Assembly: GCF_963921235.1 (NCBI RefSeq)
Contig: NC_086097.1
Location: 227,852,001 to 227,916,000, forward strand
Origin: Mobula hypostoma
Taxonomy: Eukaryota
Direction of reading: 5' to 3'
Length of the DNA stretch: 64,000 nt
Position numbers and translations under genes: made by a program. Shown piece by piece: positions 50,780 through 63,595 of the stretch. The notes beneath the pieces are model-generated. The model was not told the DNA's origin. It did no database searches and saw only the letters and a list, made by a program, of their open reading frames with translations. Position 1 is the stretch's first letter; every line of letters begins with the position of its first letter.

Positions 50780-53144
50780 TAGTACTGTAAAGGCAGGCAG
50801 GGTGAACACCGAGGACAAGGAAATCCTGTCCCTTAGCTTTTTGTACTTTCCATGCAGCTAATGGTATCTTGATAAGCATATATACCCGATATATATTCCT
50901 TCACAATTAGTGAAGGAATACCACATTGTAAACCGTTTCAATATGGCTATGCTCTGAATGTACAAAATAATGTTCACATTAATAACGTTGACCAATTCTG
51001 TTCAAATCAACACAGAGTTCTGGAAGCACATAAATTCTGATTAGAATTTGATTCAGTCCATAAGCATATACTAAATAATAATGTGGTTGTCACTTCAGAC
51101 ATGGTACAAGCAGGATCTTCCCCCACTAGAGCAGTTAGAGATATAAAAATTAAATATATACATATGATCAAATGTGTACTTGGTCCTAAGCAGAAAGAAG
51201 CAAGTTTATTCAAGCATGATTCTGTCCATTGATTTCTACATTTGTAGAACCAGGAAATATTCCTTCACCCCAATATCTATCTCAGCATAACTGTAACTTT
51301 GCAGAATCCTTATAACAATGGGGAAAAGCAGGAAGTCCTGCACAATCTGCTTTTCATTAAAGCATCTTGAAACAATGTGATGATTTGCCTTCATACAATA
51401 ATTGTTGTTTTGTCCCTATGGGGTAAATATATGCAGGAAAAATATGTACTCGGTCTCTGAAGAGACATTTTATCTGTTATAATACACAGTCATACCCATC
51501 ACAGTGTTTAATGTAATTTTGATATTAGAGCTATCTGCTTCACGTCTACATAATTAAAATGAAAATTTAATTTCTCAGATTGCTTTTTGTGCACATGTAG
51601 CTTAGATGCTCAATTTCTATGGTGAGCTGGTACTTGATGCTTGTAGCTATAACAATTTTATGTGCAAGCACAAATACTTCATTAATTATTCACAGGCTCA
51701 TTTTATATTTTCTGCTAGCTTCCATAAACATCTCCTCTTACCAATATCTGGCTCACCAATTCTGTGTGCTTAGCAAAATGATTGAACAGATAATAGCAAT
51801 GTTTTATATTAATTTATGATATGGTGTGCTGTGACACCTGTATGCTGTGTATTTATATATTAAATATATGTCTTTGCATTGTTGAATATTAAATTTTATG
51901 CACATTTTTAAGTTTGATTCATATTTTGATTTCACTCTGTTCTCCTGAGTTGAAGACAATGGACGAGCACTACCATCATGACTTATATTTTAGCAGATAC
52001 GTATTAAGTAATGTTTTAAATCAAAATCTTGCATTTTGACATAATGTAATATAAATCCTGTAATAATAATCAAGATTCAGATTCCAAATTGATCTATGCT
52101 ATTCTAACTCTTTGGATTCAAGACAGGACAAAATGAAAAAGAAGCAGATTAGTTATAAAAATTGGGTGTCAGAGACATTTAGAAAAGTGGTGTGGTATGA
52201 TATTATTATGTAAAACAAAATTGCACCCACTGTAATGGACTGCCATAAAATTGTATTTTTCTGCAAATAGCAAAGACTCTGCAATAATTATATCTTGTTA
52301 GTGTCTGCATCTTTCTATTTGTGATTTATGCTTTACTGCACAGATGACAAGCAAGCTTGAAAAATAGACAAACTGAGTGCTAATAAATGTGTCTAATATT
52401 TGAATCTGCCTGAAAATACTTTACACTCCAAACTTAAATCAAAGCATTCATCACTTTTGTTGCATATTGCCACATATTTCAGAATTGAAGCCAAAAGCGA
52501 TTTGTTTTTCCAAAGTAATAACTGGCACAGCGGAAGCATTCATTTTTTTTAACTGAGCTCTAAAAAAGATAAAATGTCATTCCTGGGTAGAATTGCTGGT
52601 TATGTCAACAGCAACCCATGAGAAACTGGTGGTATAACAAAAATAATTAGAGCTAAATTTGAAAAATTCTCCATTTTATCTTCAATTTACTTTAATTCTT
52701 TTCTTTTTATTGACCACAGAGTACTGTATTTTTGAATTTATTTAACCTCCTCCCAATTATGATTCTAATAAACAACCATCTCTTAAATATCTTCTTCATT
52801 TTGGATAGGGGGAGTGATTTAATTGGTTGATAACACTATGAGCTGTTGTTAAAGCTACTTTTCATTAAGTGAAGCAAGGTCCAATTAGATATCTTGGCCT
52901 AGAGCTCAAACTCTATAGGTGTATAATGTAAAAACAATTGATAGATGTGATTGGAACCACTTATAATACAATGCATAATACTCACTTATTTAGTTATGTA
53001 TAGTATGCATAAACACAAGGAATTCATGCTTTGGAAATAGACTATTTTATAATCGTTTCTGACACACATCATAAAATTGAACTGAGCATTTCTTGCACAC
53101 CCATGCCTGACTTTTTTGAGTATCAGGAACTAATCCTGATGAAT

Positions 53145-53268
53145 AGTCCTAATAAAGGATCTCGGCCCAAAACATCACTCCACAGATGCTGCCTGACCTA
53201 CTGAGTTCCTCCAGAATTTTTTATGTGTGCTACTCTGGATTTTCAGCATCTGCAGAATTTCTTGTGTT
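53145..53268 (+). mobile_element. Penelope-like 3' tip
   Basis: AGATGCTGCCTGACCTACTGAGTTCCTCCAG terminus with a decayed hammerhead motif. Confidence 0.75.
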
Positions 53269-53292
53269 TATACACCTAATGTGTATAAACGT

Positions 53293-53606
53293 GTTGGCGC
53301 GTGGCCAAGTGGTTAAGGCGTTCATCTAGTGATCTGAAGGTCCCTAGTTCAAGCCCTGGCTGAGGCAGTGTGTGTGTCCTTGAGCAAGGCACTTAACCAC
53401 ACATTGCTCTGCGATGACACCGGTGCCAAGCTGTATGGGTCCTAATGCTGTATGGCCCTTGGACAACATCGGTGGCATGGACAGGGGAGACTTGCAGCAT
53501 TGGCAACTGCTGGTCTTCCATGCAGCCTTGCCCAGGCCTGCACCCTGGAAACCTTCCAAGATGCAAATCCATGGTCTCTTGAGACTAACAGAGGCCCATA
53601 TATATA
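53293..53606 (+). mobile_element. tRNA-derived SINE with CORE-like body and (TA)n tail
   Basis: A box TGGCCAAGTGG, B box GTTCAAGCC, GTCCTTGAGCAAGGCACTTAACC; TSD TATACACCTAAT. Confidence 0.85.
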
Positions 53607-53879
53607 TATACACCTAATAATGTCACCATTCAGACAACTTCCTTTACTGCCTATATCAACATAAACTGGAATCCAAAGCTTCACATTATAGTTGTTCTGA
53701 GATGGTCTCATTTCAAGAGACACATAACCTTAGGCTTTTACTTTTCTTGCTATTTTAAAGAGGCACTCTACTGACATCCTTCTTCACCAAGAAGCTTCTG
53801 TGCAGAAATCTTCCAAAGTCCTGATTGTGCTAAAACTAACAGTGTGCTTCCTGTGCCATTTAGCCGTAGAATAACTTAT

Positions 53880-55150
53880 TCAATGGTTGCATTAGTGGTG
53901 GCATTGCTGGCAGCACTCCATGACTGGAGGTGTTGTTATGGCCATGGCTGGGCCAGAGACCTTGGTGGAGGAGTCAAAGATCCATGGGAGCCCATCTACC
54001 ATCTGTGGGAGCCAAACTCCAGAAGTCAGAGAAACTATATCCTGCCCGGTGTATCTCCAAAAGCAGTCTATTCACAGGCTTAGGAGTACTGTCATCTCTG
54101 AGAAGAATGACAAAGCCTTCAGCAGCACATTTGTTCTCTCTATAGAAGTCAAAGTCACATCAGCATAGCGGTTAGCTCAACACTTTACAGATGAGGGTTC
54201 GATGCCTGGAAGGAGTTTATACGGTCTCCCCATGACCACCTGGGTTTCCTACAGGTGCCCCATTTTCCTACTACATACTAAAGATAGTTAGGCTTAGTGG
54301 ACATGCAGTGTTGGTGTTGGAAGCATAGTGACACTCTCCACAGCACACCCTTCACTGATTTGATTTGACATATTTCACTCTATGTTTTGATGTATTGTAC
54401 ATGTGACAAACAAAGCTAATCTTTTTTTTTGTTTTTAGCCATGTTGACTCACGTCTTCCTCACCACTGGGTCTTCCCAAGTGGCCACTGAAGAAATCTTC
54501 CATAATTCATGGAAATAACCTGAGCAGGATGAATCCATCTATTTGTTTTCACTGCAGAACAGGCAGCATCGTGGGCATCGTAACCTCCTGAGTGAAAACA
54601 CTCAGTGATTGCACTCATGTGCCTCAAAAACTCTCCTTAATAACTTAAACATTTTAATGAACTAGACAGGTTTTCACCCCTCAAAGTGCCAGTGGTTACG
54701 TATCACACCCTAATCCCTTCTGGTCAGTGCTATGTTACAAAAAGCACATAATACTCAACCATTTCCAGTGGCTGACGTTGCCCACTGGGATGGCTTTTAT
54801 CTCTGCGGCTGTTCACGTCAGAATGCTCTCCAGCCACAGCAGCTAAACACAGATAGAACAAAGCCACACAAATGCCAGGATAGCAGTGGAGAGCACCATA
54901 GTCTGCTGAAGATGAGATTTTGTTACCCACAGCATTCTGGTGGTTCACTGACATGATCATCACGTACTGCATGCTGCACAACGTTGCTTGCCAAAAGCAG
55001 TAGATCAAGAGGAGCAAGGTGACAATGAACCTCAGGCCTGTGAGGCAGAACCTGGAGGGCATCAGATCAGATCAAGTAGGAAAAGAAAGCCTCTGGAAGA
55101 TATCTCTCTTAGTATCAATAGCCTCACCTCCAGATGAGCCGAGGAGGTAT
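53880..55150 (+). mobile_element. Heavily decayed PIF/Harbinger transposase, interrupted by a SINE
   Basis: In order: DCTHV (~54607), GFH (~54669), LLKMRFC..HSGGSL, IITYCMLHNVA; many frameshifts; outer limits uncertain. Confidence 0.7.
54160..54428 (+). mobile_element. V-SINE/HE1-like SINE
   Basis: TAGCGGTTAG..GGGTTCGAT head; GGAGTTT..CTCCCCATGACC..GGGTTTCC V-domain-like body. Confidence 0.7.
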
Positions 55151-55403
55151 GCATTGGCTCCATGGAATATAAGAGACTCTACAGAGAATATCATTCTCAA
55201 GAGCGTAAAAAACCATCATCTACATCCTAGAGCTAGGTTACCTCTCTACACAGCGACTTTAACAACAACACAATATCAACAAGCAAGCAGAAGAGCACGG
55301 GGACACAAAAAGCCACTTCGTATCTTGGTAAGATTAGTATAAATAGGTGCTTGATGGTCAAAGCTGACTCAATAGACGGATGACCTATTCCCATACTCTA
55401 TAA

Positions 55404-56072
55404 GGAGAAGATGGCAGCACGATGGCAGCGCACGCAGCCTTTCTGGTGATGAGTATCTGTTATCTGTCAAGTAGAGGACCGTGCACAATCCTGACTTGAT
55501 GGCGACAGAGTATGGAGGAACATCTGGAAAACTTCTGAAATGCCTACTTCGCTGCCACTGCTACTGTGTGGTAACCGGAATCTCCGGAGCAGAAGACCCC
55601 GAAATCCTCAGCTTTGCTTGTTTCAGCAGCCGGGGAGAGGTCAAAGGTGCTCGGCAGAGGATGGCACTCGGGAGGCTGTATCGGAGGGGCTGGTCGGAGG
55701 CGCAAAGTTTTCGGACGGATGGACTCAGTGTTGGCTGCTTCCAAGGTAGCGGCAAGTTGACAGTGTCTGGAGGTTTATGGCAGGGAGTTTCTCCCTTTTG
55801 CCGCCGCTATCGGGGTCTCGGGAGTCGATCGACTCGGGGACTTTTGAGAATTTTTTTTACCGTGCCCATGGTTTGTTCTTCATCAAATTATGGTATTGCT
55901 TTGCACTGCTGTAACTATATGTTATAATTATGTGGTTCTGTCACTGCTAGTCTTTGGTTTGTCCTGTTTTCTGTGATATCACTCCAGAGAAACATTGTAT
56001 CATTTCTTAATGTATGCATGCATTTCTAAATGACAATAAAAGAGGACTGAGTGTTCTCATAATCTAATCTAA
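55404..56072 (+). mobile_element. ~670-bp non-autonomous retroposon
   Basis: GGAGAAGATGGC start, AATAAA, (AATCT)n tail; homologous to 18597-19212. Confidence 0.8.
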
Positions 56073-57644
56073 CTCTCCCTGTCAACCTCTCCTTCCCTCC
56101 ATGTGTATTGCTGTCTGAATTGGGCAAAGCACTTTAAAAGATGATTCTTTGATTGCTATGAGCTGCAATGAGCCACCTGTGCAAGATGCAAAACACTGAA
56201 ACTTCTTTCTTGGTTTAAACCACCCAAAAGACATTTTTAAAGTAATTTTAATTGATTTCATGATTTTTTTGATCGGGAATCACTTAGCAACAACTAGTAC
56301 ATCAAAACAGGTGAAATCCAATTACTGGGCATCAGAATATTCAAGGGTAGCATCACCTACTACCTTGTCTGTGAAACAAAGTCGCATATAGACAGAGGTT
56401 CACATAGGATAAACATCATCTCAAACAGCAAATAGATGGTGAGAGGACGATTTTCTCCACGAGAGAATATAGAAGAACATGGATTCTGATTAAGATGTTG
56501 CACATGTAAAATAAAGATGAGGATAAATTCTTTCTCCCAGAAGATGCCAAATCTTTGGAATCCTCTACCCTGAACATCTGTGGAAGTGGAACAATTCAGT
56601 ACATTCAAGGCTGAGTGATTATATAGAACAGGTAGGGAAATAGAACTGAGGTCTAGGTCAGGTCAGCTCTGATCCTGTGGAATGGAGGAACAGGCTTGAA
56701 AGTACTGATGCCTGTACCGGATTCCATTTTTTTAAATTCTCATGTTCTTATGTACTCAGTGGGACATCAGAGTGGCATAGCAAGTACTGATGCCTGACAG
56801 CTCCAGCAGCCTGGGCGCAGTGTGTGACCAAGTGATTTCCCCCACGAGCTCCAACTTCTGTCCACATCTGAAAGAGGTCAGGTGGCTGCTGTAAGTCACA
56901 CCTAATGGAGGTGGGTGGCAAGAGAGTTACGGGGGAGATGGGCATGTGGAATAAAATGGGTAGTACTGATTGCTGGGGAAAACTTCTGTCTACCATTTTC
57001 TTACCTATATGACAAACGAAAAGAAAGACTGAGATTTTTGAGGAAACAAATAGGAAACTTGATGAGGGAAGAGTAGTCCAGAAGGGTAAGAGACAAGGGA
57101 TCTGAGATGTATTGACAAATTGGATCCACAGTTGGCTAGATAATAGGATGCAAAGAGTAGTAATAGATGAATGTTTTCCATCTGGAAATCTGTAACAAAT
57201 AACTTACTTCAGGATCTGAGCTGCACCTTTGTAGTATACCTTTGTGTATATATAAATGACTTGGATGAGAATGTAGGGGATATGATTAGTACATTTGTAG
57301 ACAATGTGAACATTGGTGGAGTTATGGGCAGTGAAAAAATTGTCTAATGATACAGTGAGATATGGAACTGCTGAGAAATCGGGCAGAGTGTTGGCAGATA
57401 GAAATTAATCCAGATAATTGTGAGGTGGGGCAGAGGGTCAACTTCAAGTGGGATACATAGAGTATATTGAGACCCTGGGGGTGCAAATCCACGACTCACT
57501 GAAAGTGGTGGCAAAGCTGGAACAGGGGAGGGCAGAAGGCATTTGCAGCGCTTGCCTTCATAGGCTGAAGGTTTGATGGGATAAGAGTTGGGTTGTCATG
57601 TTGCACATGTACCAAGTATTGATAGTACCACATTTAGATTATTG

Positions 57645-58529
57645 CAGCAACACAAAAAATGCTGGAGGAACTCAGCAGGCCAGGCTGCATCTATGGAAAA
57701 GAGTACATTCGATGTTTCGGGCCAAGATCCTTCGGCAGGATTGGAGAATAAAAGATGAGGAGGAGAGTTAAAAGGTGGGGGGAGGGGAGGGAGAAACACA
57801 AGGTGACAGGTGAAACTGGGAGGGGGAGGGATGAAGTAACGAGCAGGGAAGTTAATTGGTGAAAGAGATACAGGGCTGGGGAAGGGGGAGTCTGAGGGGA
57901 TGGAAGGCCATGGAAGGAAGAAAAAGGGGAGGAGGCAATAGACAGGCAAGTAGATAAGATGAGAGAGGGAAAAGGAGATAGCGAATGGTGAAGGAGGGTG
58001 TGGCCATTACCGGAAGTTCGAGAAATCGATGTTCATGCCATCAGTTTAGAGGCTATCCAGACAGAATATGAAGCGTTGTTCCTCTAACCTGAGCGTGACC
58101 TCATCACAACAGTAGAGGAGGCCATAGATAGACATATCGGAATGAGAATGGGAAGTGGAGTTAAAATGAGTGGCCACTGGGAGATCTTGCTTTTTCTGGC
58201 AGATGGAGTATAGGTGCTTGGTGAAGCAGTCTCCCAATCTACGTTGGGCCTCACCGATATACAGGAGGCCACATCGGGAGCACTGAACACAGTATATGTA
58301 TAGCGTCACCTCACCTGGAAGGACTGTTTGGGACCCTGAATGTTAGTGAGGGAGGAGGTGTCGGGATGGGTGTCGCACTTGTTCTGTTTGCTAGGTGGGA
58401 GATCAGTGGGGAGGGACAAAAAGACAAGGGAATCACGTAGGGAACAATCCCTGTGGAAAGCAGAAAGTGGGTTGGGAGGGGTGAAAGATATGCTTGGTGG
58501 TGGGATCCTGTTAGAGATAGAGAGAGAGA
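57645..58529 (-). mobile_element. Penelope-like element
   Basis: GIY-YIG IYCVQCSRCGLLYIGEAQRRLGD; TTAGATTATTG duplicated at 57634-57644 and 58530-58540. Confidence 0.9.
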
Positions 58530-58879
58530 TTAGATTATTGTGTAAACTTCTATCTGGTACGTTACTAGAAAGATATGGCAACAATTGAGAGAGCGCAGAA
58601 GAGAATCACCAGTATATTACTTGGAATGAGGGGCTGTACTTATAAGGAGAGATCGGAAAACTGGGATTTATTATCACACTAACATAGAAGATGGAAGAGT
58701 GACATTATAGAAGTTTATTAAATTTATGAGGGGCATGGAATTATATGTAGTCAGTTTTTCATAGGGCAGGGTTGTCTAAGACCAGAGGGAAAAGCATATA
58801 AAGGAAAGCATCACAGTGGCTGTTATCTGAGTGGACATAAGGTGGTCATCCTAAGGCTTTAGCTCTTAGAGGTTGCAGG

Positions 58880-60790
58880 GAAGAGAGTTTATTCAGATAC
58901 ATAAAGAGGCGAGAGTGGATGTCGGACCGCTGGAAAGCAATGCTGAAGAGGTAGTAATGGGGGACAATGAAATAGCAGATGAACTGAATAAGTATTTTGC
59001 ATCAGTCTTCATTGTGGAAGACACTAGCAGCATGGCGGAAGTTCCAGGTGTCACGTGTCATGAAGTGTGTGCAGTTATCATATCTAGAGAGAAGGTCTTT
59101 TGGGAAACTGAAAGGTCTGAAGGTAGATAAGTCACCTGGACCAGATGGTGTACACCCCAGAATTATGAATGAAGTGGCTGAAGAGATTGTTGAGGCATTG
59201 GTAATGATCTTTCAAGAATCACTAGATTCTGAAATGGTTCTGGAAGACTTGAAAATTGCAAATGTCACCCCACTCTTCAAGAAGGGAAAGAAGCAGAAGA
59301 AAGGAAACTATAGGCCAGTTGGGCTGACCTCAGTGGTTGGGAAGATGTTGGAGTCCATTATTAAGGAGAAAGTCTCAGGGTACATGGAGACATAGGATAA
59401 AATAGGCTGTAGTCAGCATGGCTTCCTCAAGGGAAAATCTTGCCTGTCAAATCTGTTGGAATTCTTTGATGAAGTACCAGGTGGGATAGACAAAGGTGAA
59501 TCGGTTAATGTCGTGTATTTGGATTTTTAGAAAACCTTTGACAAGGTGCCACACATGAAGCTGCTAACAAGCTACGAGTCCAAGGTATTACAGGAAGGAT
59601 CCCAGAATAGATAAAGGCATGGCTGATGGGCTGGAGGCAAAGAGTGGGAATAAAGGGAAACTTTTCTGATTGGTTGCTGGTGACTAGTGGTATTTCACAG
59701 GGGTCTGTGTTGAGACCAATTCTTTCTATGTTATATGTCAATGATTTGGATGATGGAATTAAGGATTTGTTGCAAAATCTGCAGATGATATGAAGCTAGG
59801 TGGAGGACAGGTATTTTTGAAGAAGTAGCGAGGCTACAGAAGGACTTAGACAGATCAGGACAATGGGCAAAGAAATGCCAGATGGAATACAGTGTCGGAA
59901 AGTGTAAGGTCATGTACTCTGGTAGAAGAAATTAAAGGGTTGACTATTTTCTAAACAGAGAGAAAATACAAAAAAGTGAGACACAAAGGGACCTATGAGT
60001 CCTTGTGCAGGATTCCCTAAAGGTTAAGCTGCAGGTCAAGTCTGTGGTGAGGAAGGCAAATGCAATGTTAGCATTCATTTTGTATTTTTTTCATACCCCA
60101 ATGCTTACATTTTATATTTTAAAGTATATATTTCTGATTCAACAACCTTGTAACAATAACTTCCTTCAGGATAAATTAAGTTTTATCTTATCTTATTTCA
60201 TAGGACTAGATTATAAGAGCAAGATGTAATGTTGAAATTTCATAATGCACTGGTGTGGCCCCACTTGGAGTACTGTGAGCAGTTTTGGGCCCCTTATCTT
60301 AGAAAGGATGTGCTGACACTGGAAAGGGTTCAAAGGAGGTTCACGAAAATGATTCCAGGTTTGAATGGCTTGTCATATGAAGAGTGTCTGATGGCTCTGG
60401 GTCTGTATTCACTAGAATTCTGAAGAATGAGGGGTGACCTTATTAAAACCTATTAAATGGTGAAAGGCCTTGAGAGAGTGGATGTGGAGAGGATGTTTCC
60501 TATGGTGGGAAAGTCTAAGACCAGGGGACACAGTCTCAGCCTCAGAATAGATGGACATCCTTTTAGAACATAGATGAGGAAGAATTTCTTTAGCCAGATG
60601 GTAGTGAATCTGTGGAATTCTTTGCCACAGGTAGCTGTGGAGGCCAAGTCTTTATGTATATTTAAGGCTGAGTTTGATAGATTCTTGATATGTCCGGGCA
60701 TGAAGGGATAGGAGGAAAAGGCAGGAGAGGAAAATTGGATCAGCCATGAGGAAATGGCAGAGCAAACTCTATGGGCCAAATGGCCTAAAT
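58880..60790 (+). mobile_element. 5'-truncated CR1 (family C) with a ~115-bp insert at ~60080-60194
   Basis: KSPGPDG, NYRPVGLTSVVGK, PHLEYC; tail CCTATATCTTATGGT; insert ends in (TCTTA)n. Confidence 0.9.
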
Positions 60791-61152
60791 CTGCTCCTAT
60801 ATCTTATGGTTGAAAACTGAGGGATAAACTGTGACATGGAGTCTGATGAATATCTGGAATGAACTACCAGGGTAGGTAGTGAAGGCAGATAAAATTACAA
60901 TGCTTAAAAAACATTTGTACAGATCTTTGGATAGGAAAGGCAGAGAGAGATGCAGATCTAATGTGGGCCAATGGAATTAGTATTGATTGGCATCACAGTT
61001 GCATGAACAAGGTGGCGGAAATGATCTGTATCCATGACTCTCCATTTTGTGACCTTCAGCAAATTTTGAATTCCCATCTGTGCTGTTCACTTTATTCCAT
61101 GGCCCTCAGTTTTGTCAACTAGTTTTTCATGTAGGTTTTTGCCCAATGCTTC

Positions 61153-61270
61153 TGAACTGAATAAGTATTTTGCATCAGTCTTCATTGTGGAAGACACTAG
61201 CAGCATGGCGGAAGTTCCAGGTGTCACGTGTCATGAAGTGTGTGCAGTTATCATATCTAGAGAGAAGGTC
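61153..61270 (+). repeat. Exact 118-bp copy of 58980-59097
   Basis: Base-for-base identical on manual comparison. Confidence 0.95.
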
Positions 61271-61499
61271 AGCATCTACCATGATCTCATCATCGACCTT
61301 CTCTCCAACAAAATCCAAAGCAGGCAAGAATTAATGAAGGATCCTCGTACCATATGCTTAATGCATCCCAGTGACTTTCAAAATTTCTGCGCCTTGCTCC
61401 TGCACACCCTCTGAAACTGTGCTACACGGTTTAAATTCCTAGCTGAAAATATATGACTTCATTTCACTCCATTTTTTTTTGTCTGTTCTATATTATATT

Positions 61500-62045
61500 A
61501 CAACAGTGCCTCTTTCACCTCAGATGGTTGAGGAGGTTTGGTATGGGCCCTCAAATCCTAAGAACTTTCTACAGGGGCATAATTGAGAGCATCCTGACTG
61601 GCTGCATCACTGCCTGGTATGGGAACTGTACCTCCCTTGATCACAGGACTCTGCAGAGAGTGGTGTGGACAGCCCAGCACAGCAGTAGTTGTGAACTTCC
61701 CATGACTCAGGACATATACAAAGACAGGTGTGAGAAAAGGGCCCGAAGAATTATTGGGGACCTGAGTAACCCCAACCACAATCCAGTCCAGCTGCTGCCA
61801 TCCAGGTAACAGTCCCACAGCATAAAAGCCAGGATGAACAGGCTCCGGGACAGTTTCTTCTACCGGACCATCAGACTGATGAACTTATGCTGATTTGAGT
61901 GTACTCTATATTACATTGACTGTTCAATTTATTATAAATTACTATGATTGCACATGGTGCATTTAGATGGAGATGTAACATAAAGATTTTTACTCCTCAT
62001 ATATGTGAAGAATGTAAGAAATAAAGTCAATTCAATTCAATTCAA
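61500..62045 (+). mobile_element. Rex1-type LINE 3' end
   Basis: LRRFGMGPQILRTFYRGIIESILTGCITAWYG; AATAAA plus (CAATT)n. Confidence 0.85.
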
Positions 62046-62290
62046 TATTTTCACTTTGAGATACAGCACGTGAAAAAGTCCCTTCTGGCCCAACGAGCCT
62101 GCACCACCCAATTACACCCACATGATCAATTAACCTACAAATCAGTACACCTTTGGTACGTGGGAGAAAATCAGAGAACCTGGAGGAAACCATGGTCACG
62201 GGGAAAATGTAGAAACTCCTTACAGACAGCGGCAGAGTTGACCCCAGGTCACTGGAGCTGGAAAAGCATTGCACTAACCACTAGCTATAT
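62046..62290 (-). mobile_element. V-SINE/HE1-like SINE
   Basis: Minus strand GTAAGGAGTTTCTACATTTTCCCCGTGACC..GGTTTCCTCCAGG. Confidence 0.7.
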
Positions 62291-62379
62291 TGATGACCAC
62301 GTTCCTGACTTTTTAACAGCATCTCTATCATCAGCAAATTTTGAATTTTTATGCCACCCTCTCATATTCAGGTCATCTA

Positions 62380-63595
62380 TATCTTTCAAATAAAGCTGCA
62401 GACCAGTGCTGATCTCTGGGAGACATATCTGCCTGCAATCCTCTCATCTGAAAAGCAATCAATTATCATCACTTTCTGTTTCCCATCCTTCAGCTAATTG
62501 TTTAATCTATGCTGCTACTGGTTACTTTATTCTATGAACTTCAGCTTTCTTAACCAGTATCTTATGTGGGTCTTCCTAAGTCCATATTCCATACTGTCCA
62601 AAATCCACATAGTTGGCATTCATTGTAATTTCTTCAACTTTCTCTGCAAGAAAGTGGACAAAGTTAACAATCAATGAAATAAGCATGAATTGATAGCAGA
62701 TTCTGTACAGACCTTTTGAAATCATGGTACTATTTATGGAAGAGTTATAGGGAAAGTTGAATGCTGTTGACATGAATTTGGATTTTAGAAGCACACTTGA
62801 TGAAAATGATATAAATGAAGCAGCCGATCTGAGGCTTATGGAATACAAAGGGAAACAGTAACATGGATAAGAAGTTGGCTATGGAATAGGAAACAGAAAG
62901 ACCTGGACAACAGTTGTTTTTCTCAGGCTAGGTGAAGAATTCAACGTGTTTATTCCCCATGACTGGCAAAAGGACCACTGGTTTTCTCATTATGGTTTGG
63001 ACTTAAGTGTTCAGAATACAACTTCAAGACTTGCAGATGATATGAAATTTGGGCATGGGGTAAATGTGAGGATGTTTTTCAAATTCTAAAGATTATTGGC
63101 TCTTGAAACGGGCTGACACTGGGCAGCTAAAATTTAATTCAGACAAATGATTTACTTGAATGTCTTCAGGGATACAACATCTCAGTTCTCTAGATAGCTT
63201 TGAGAGGATAGGTGTAAACTCCCTGGAGCAAAGAAGGTTGAAAAGTAATTTGACATTAATGGTCAAGATGATTTAGAGTCTAGAAATTGTGAATAAAGAG
63301 ACATTGTTTCCTTCAGTGTACAAATCAAAAACTAGTGATCTCAGATTTAACACAATTGGAAAAGGAGTTGAAGCATGACTGGGTGAGAAAACTTTTCACA
63401 CAGCAATATTGGTTCACCAGAAATGATGAGAGAAGCAGATTCAAATTATAGTTTTCAAAAGGCAACAAACTCAGTACTTAAAGAATATAAAAGGGCATGA
63501 GCAAGAAAGGTGGCGACTGACCTAATTGAATTCCTGTTACAAAAAGTTGACAATACCTTGATTGGCCAAATGGACTGCTTCAGTGTTGCAATGAT
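62380..63595. mobile_element. Very old CR1 remnants
   Basis: Degenerate LDFRSTLD and LADD-type DNA and a CR1-like 3' end; minus piece 62380-62620, plus piece after ~62700. Confidence 0.6.

Larger units (their letters stand above)
56990..61035 (+). mobile_element. Old CR1 RT/3' end in three pieces (56990-57644, 58530-58795, 60850-61035)
   Basis: Degenerate CR1 motifs colinear across two younger insertions. Confidence 0.7.

Noticed and set aside
53293..53365. tRNA gene
   Set aside because: The tRNA-like head runs straight into a SINE body with tail and TSD.
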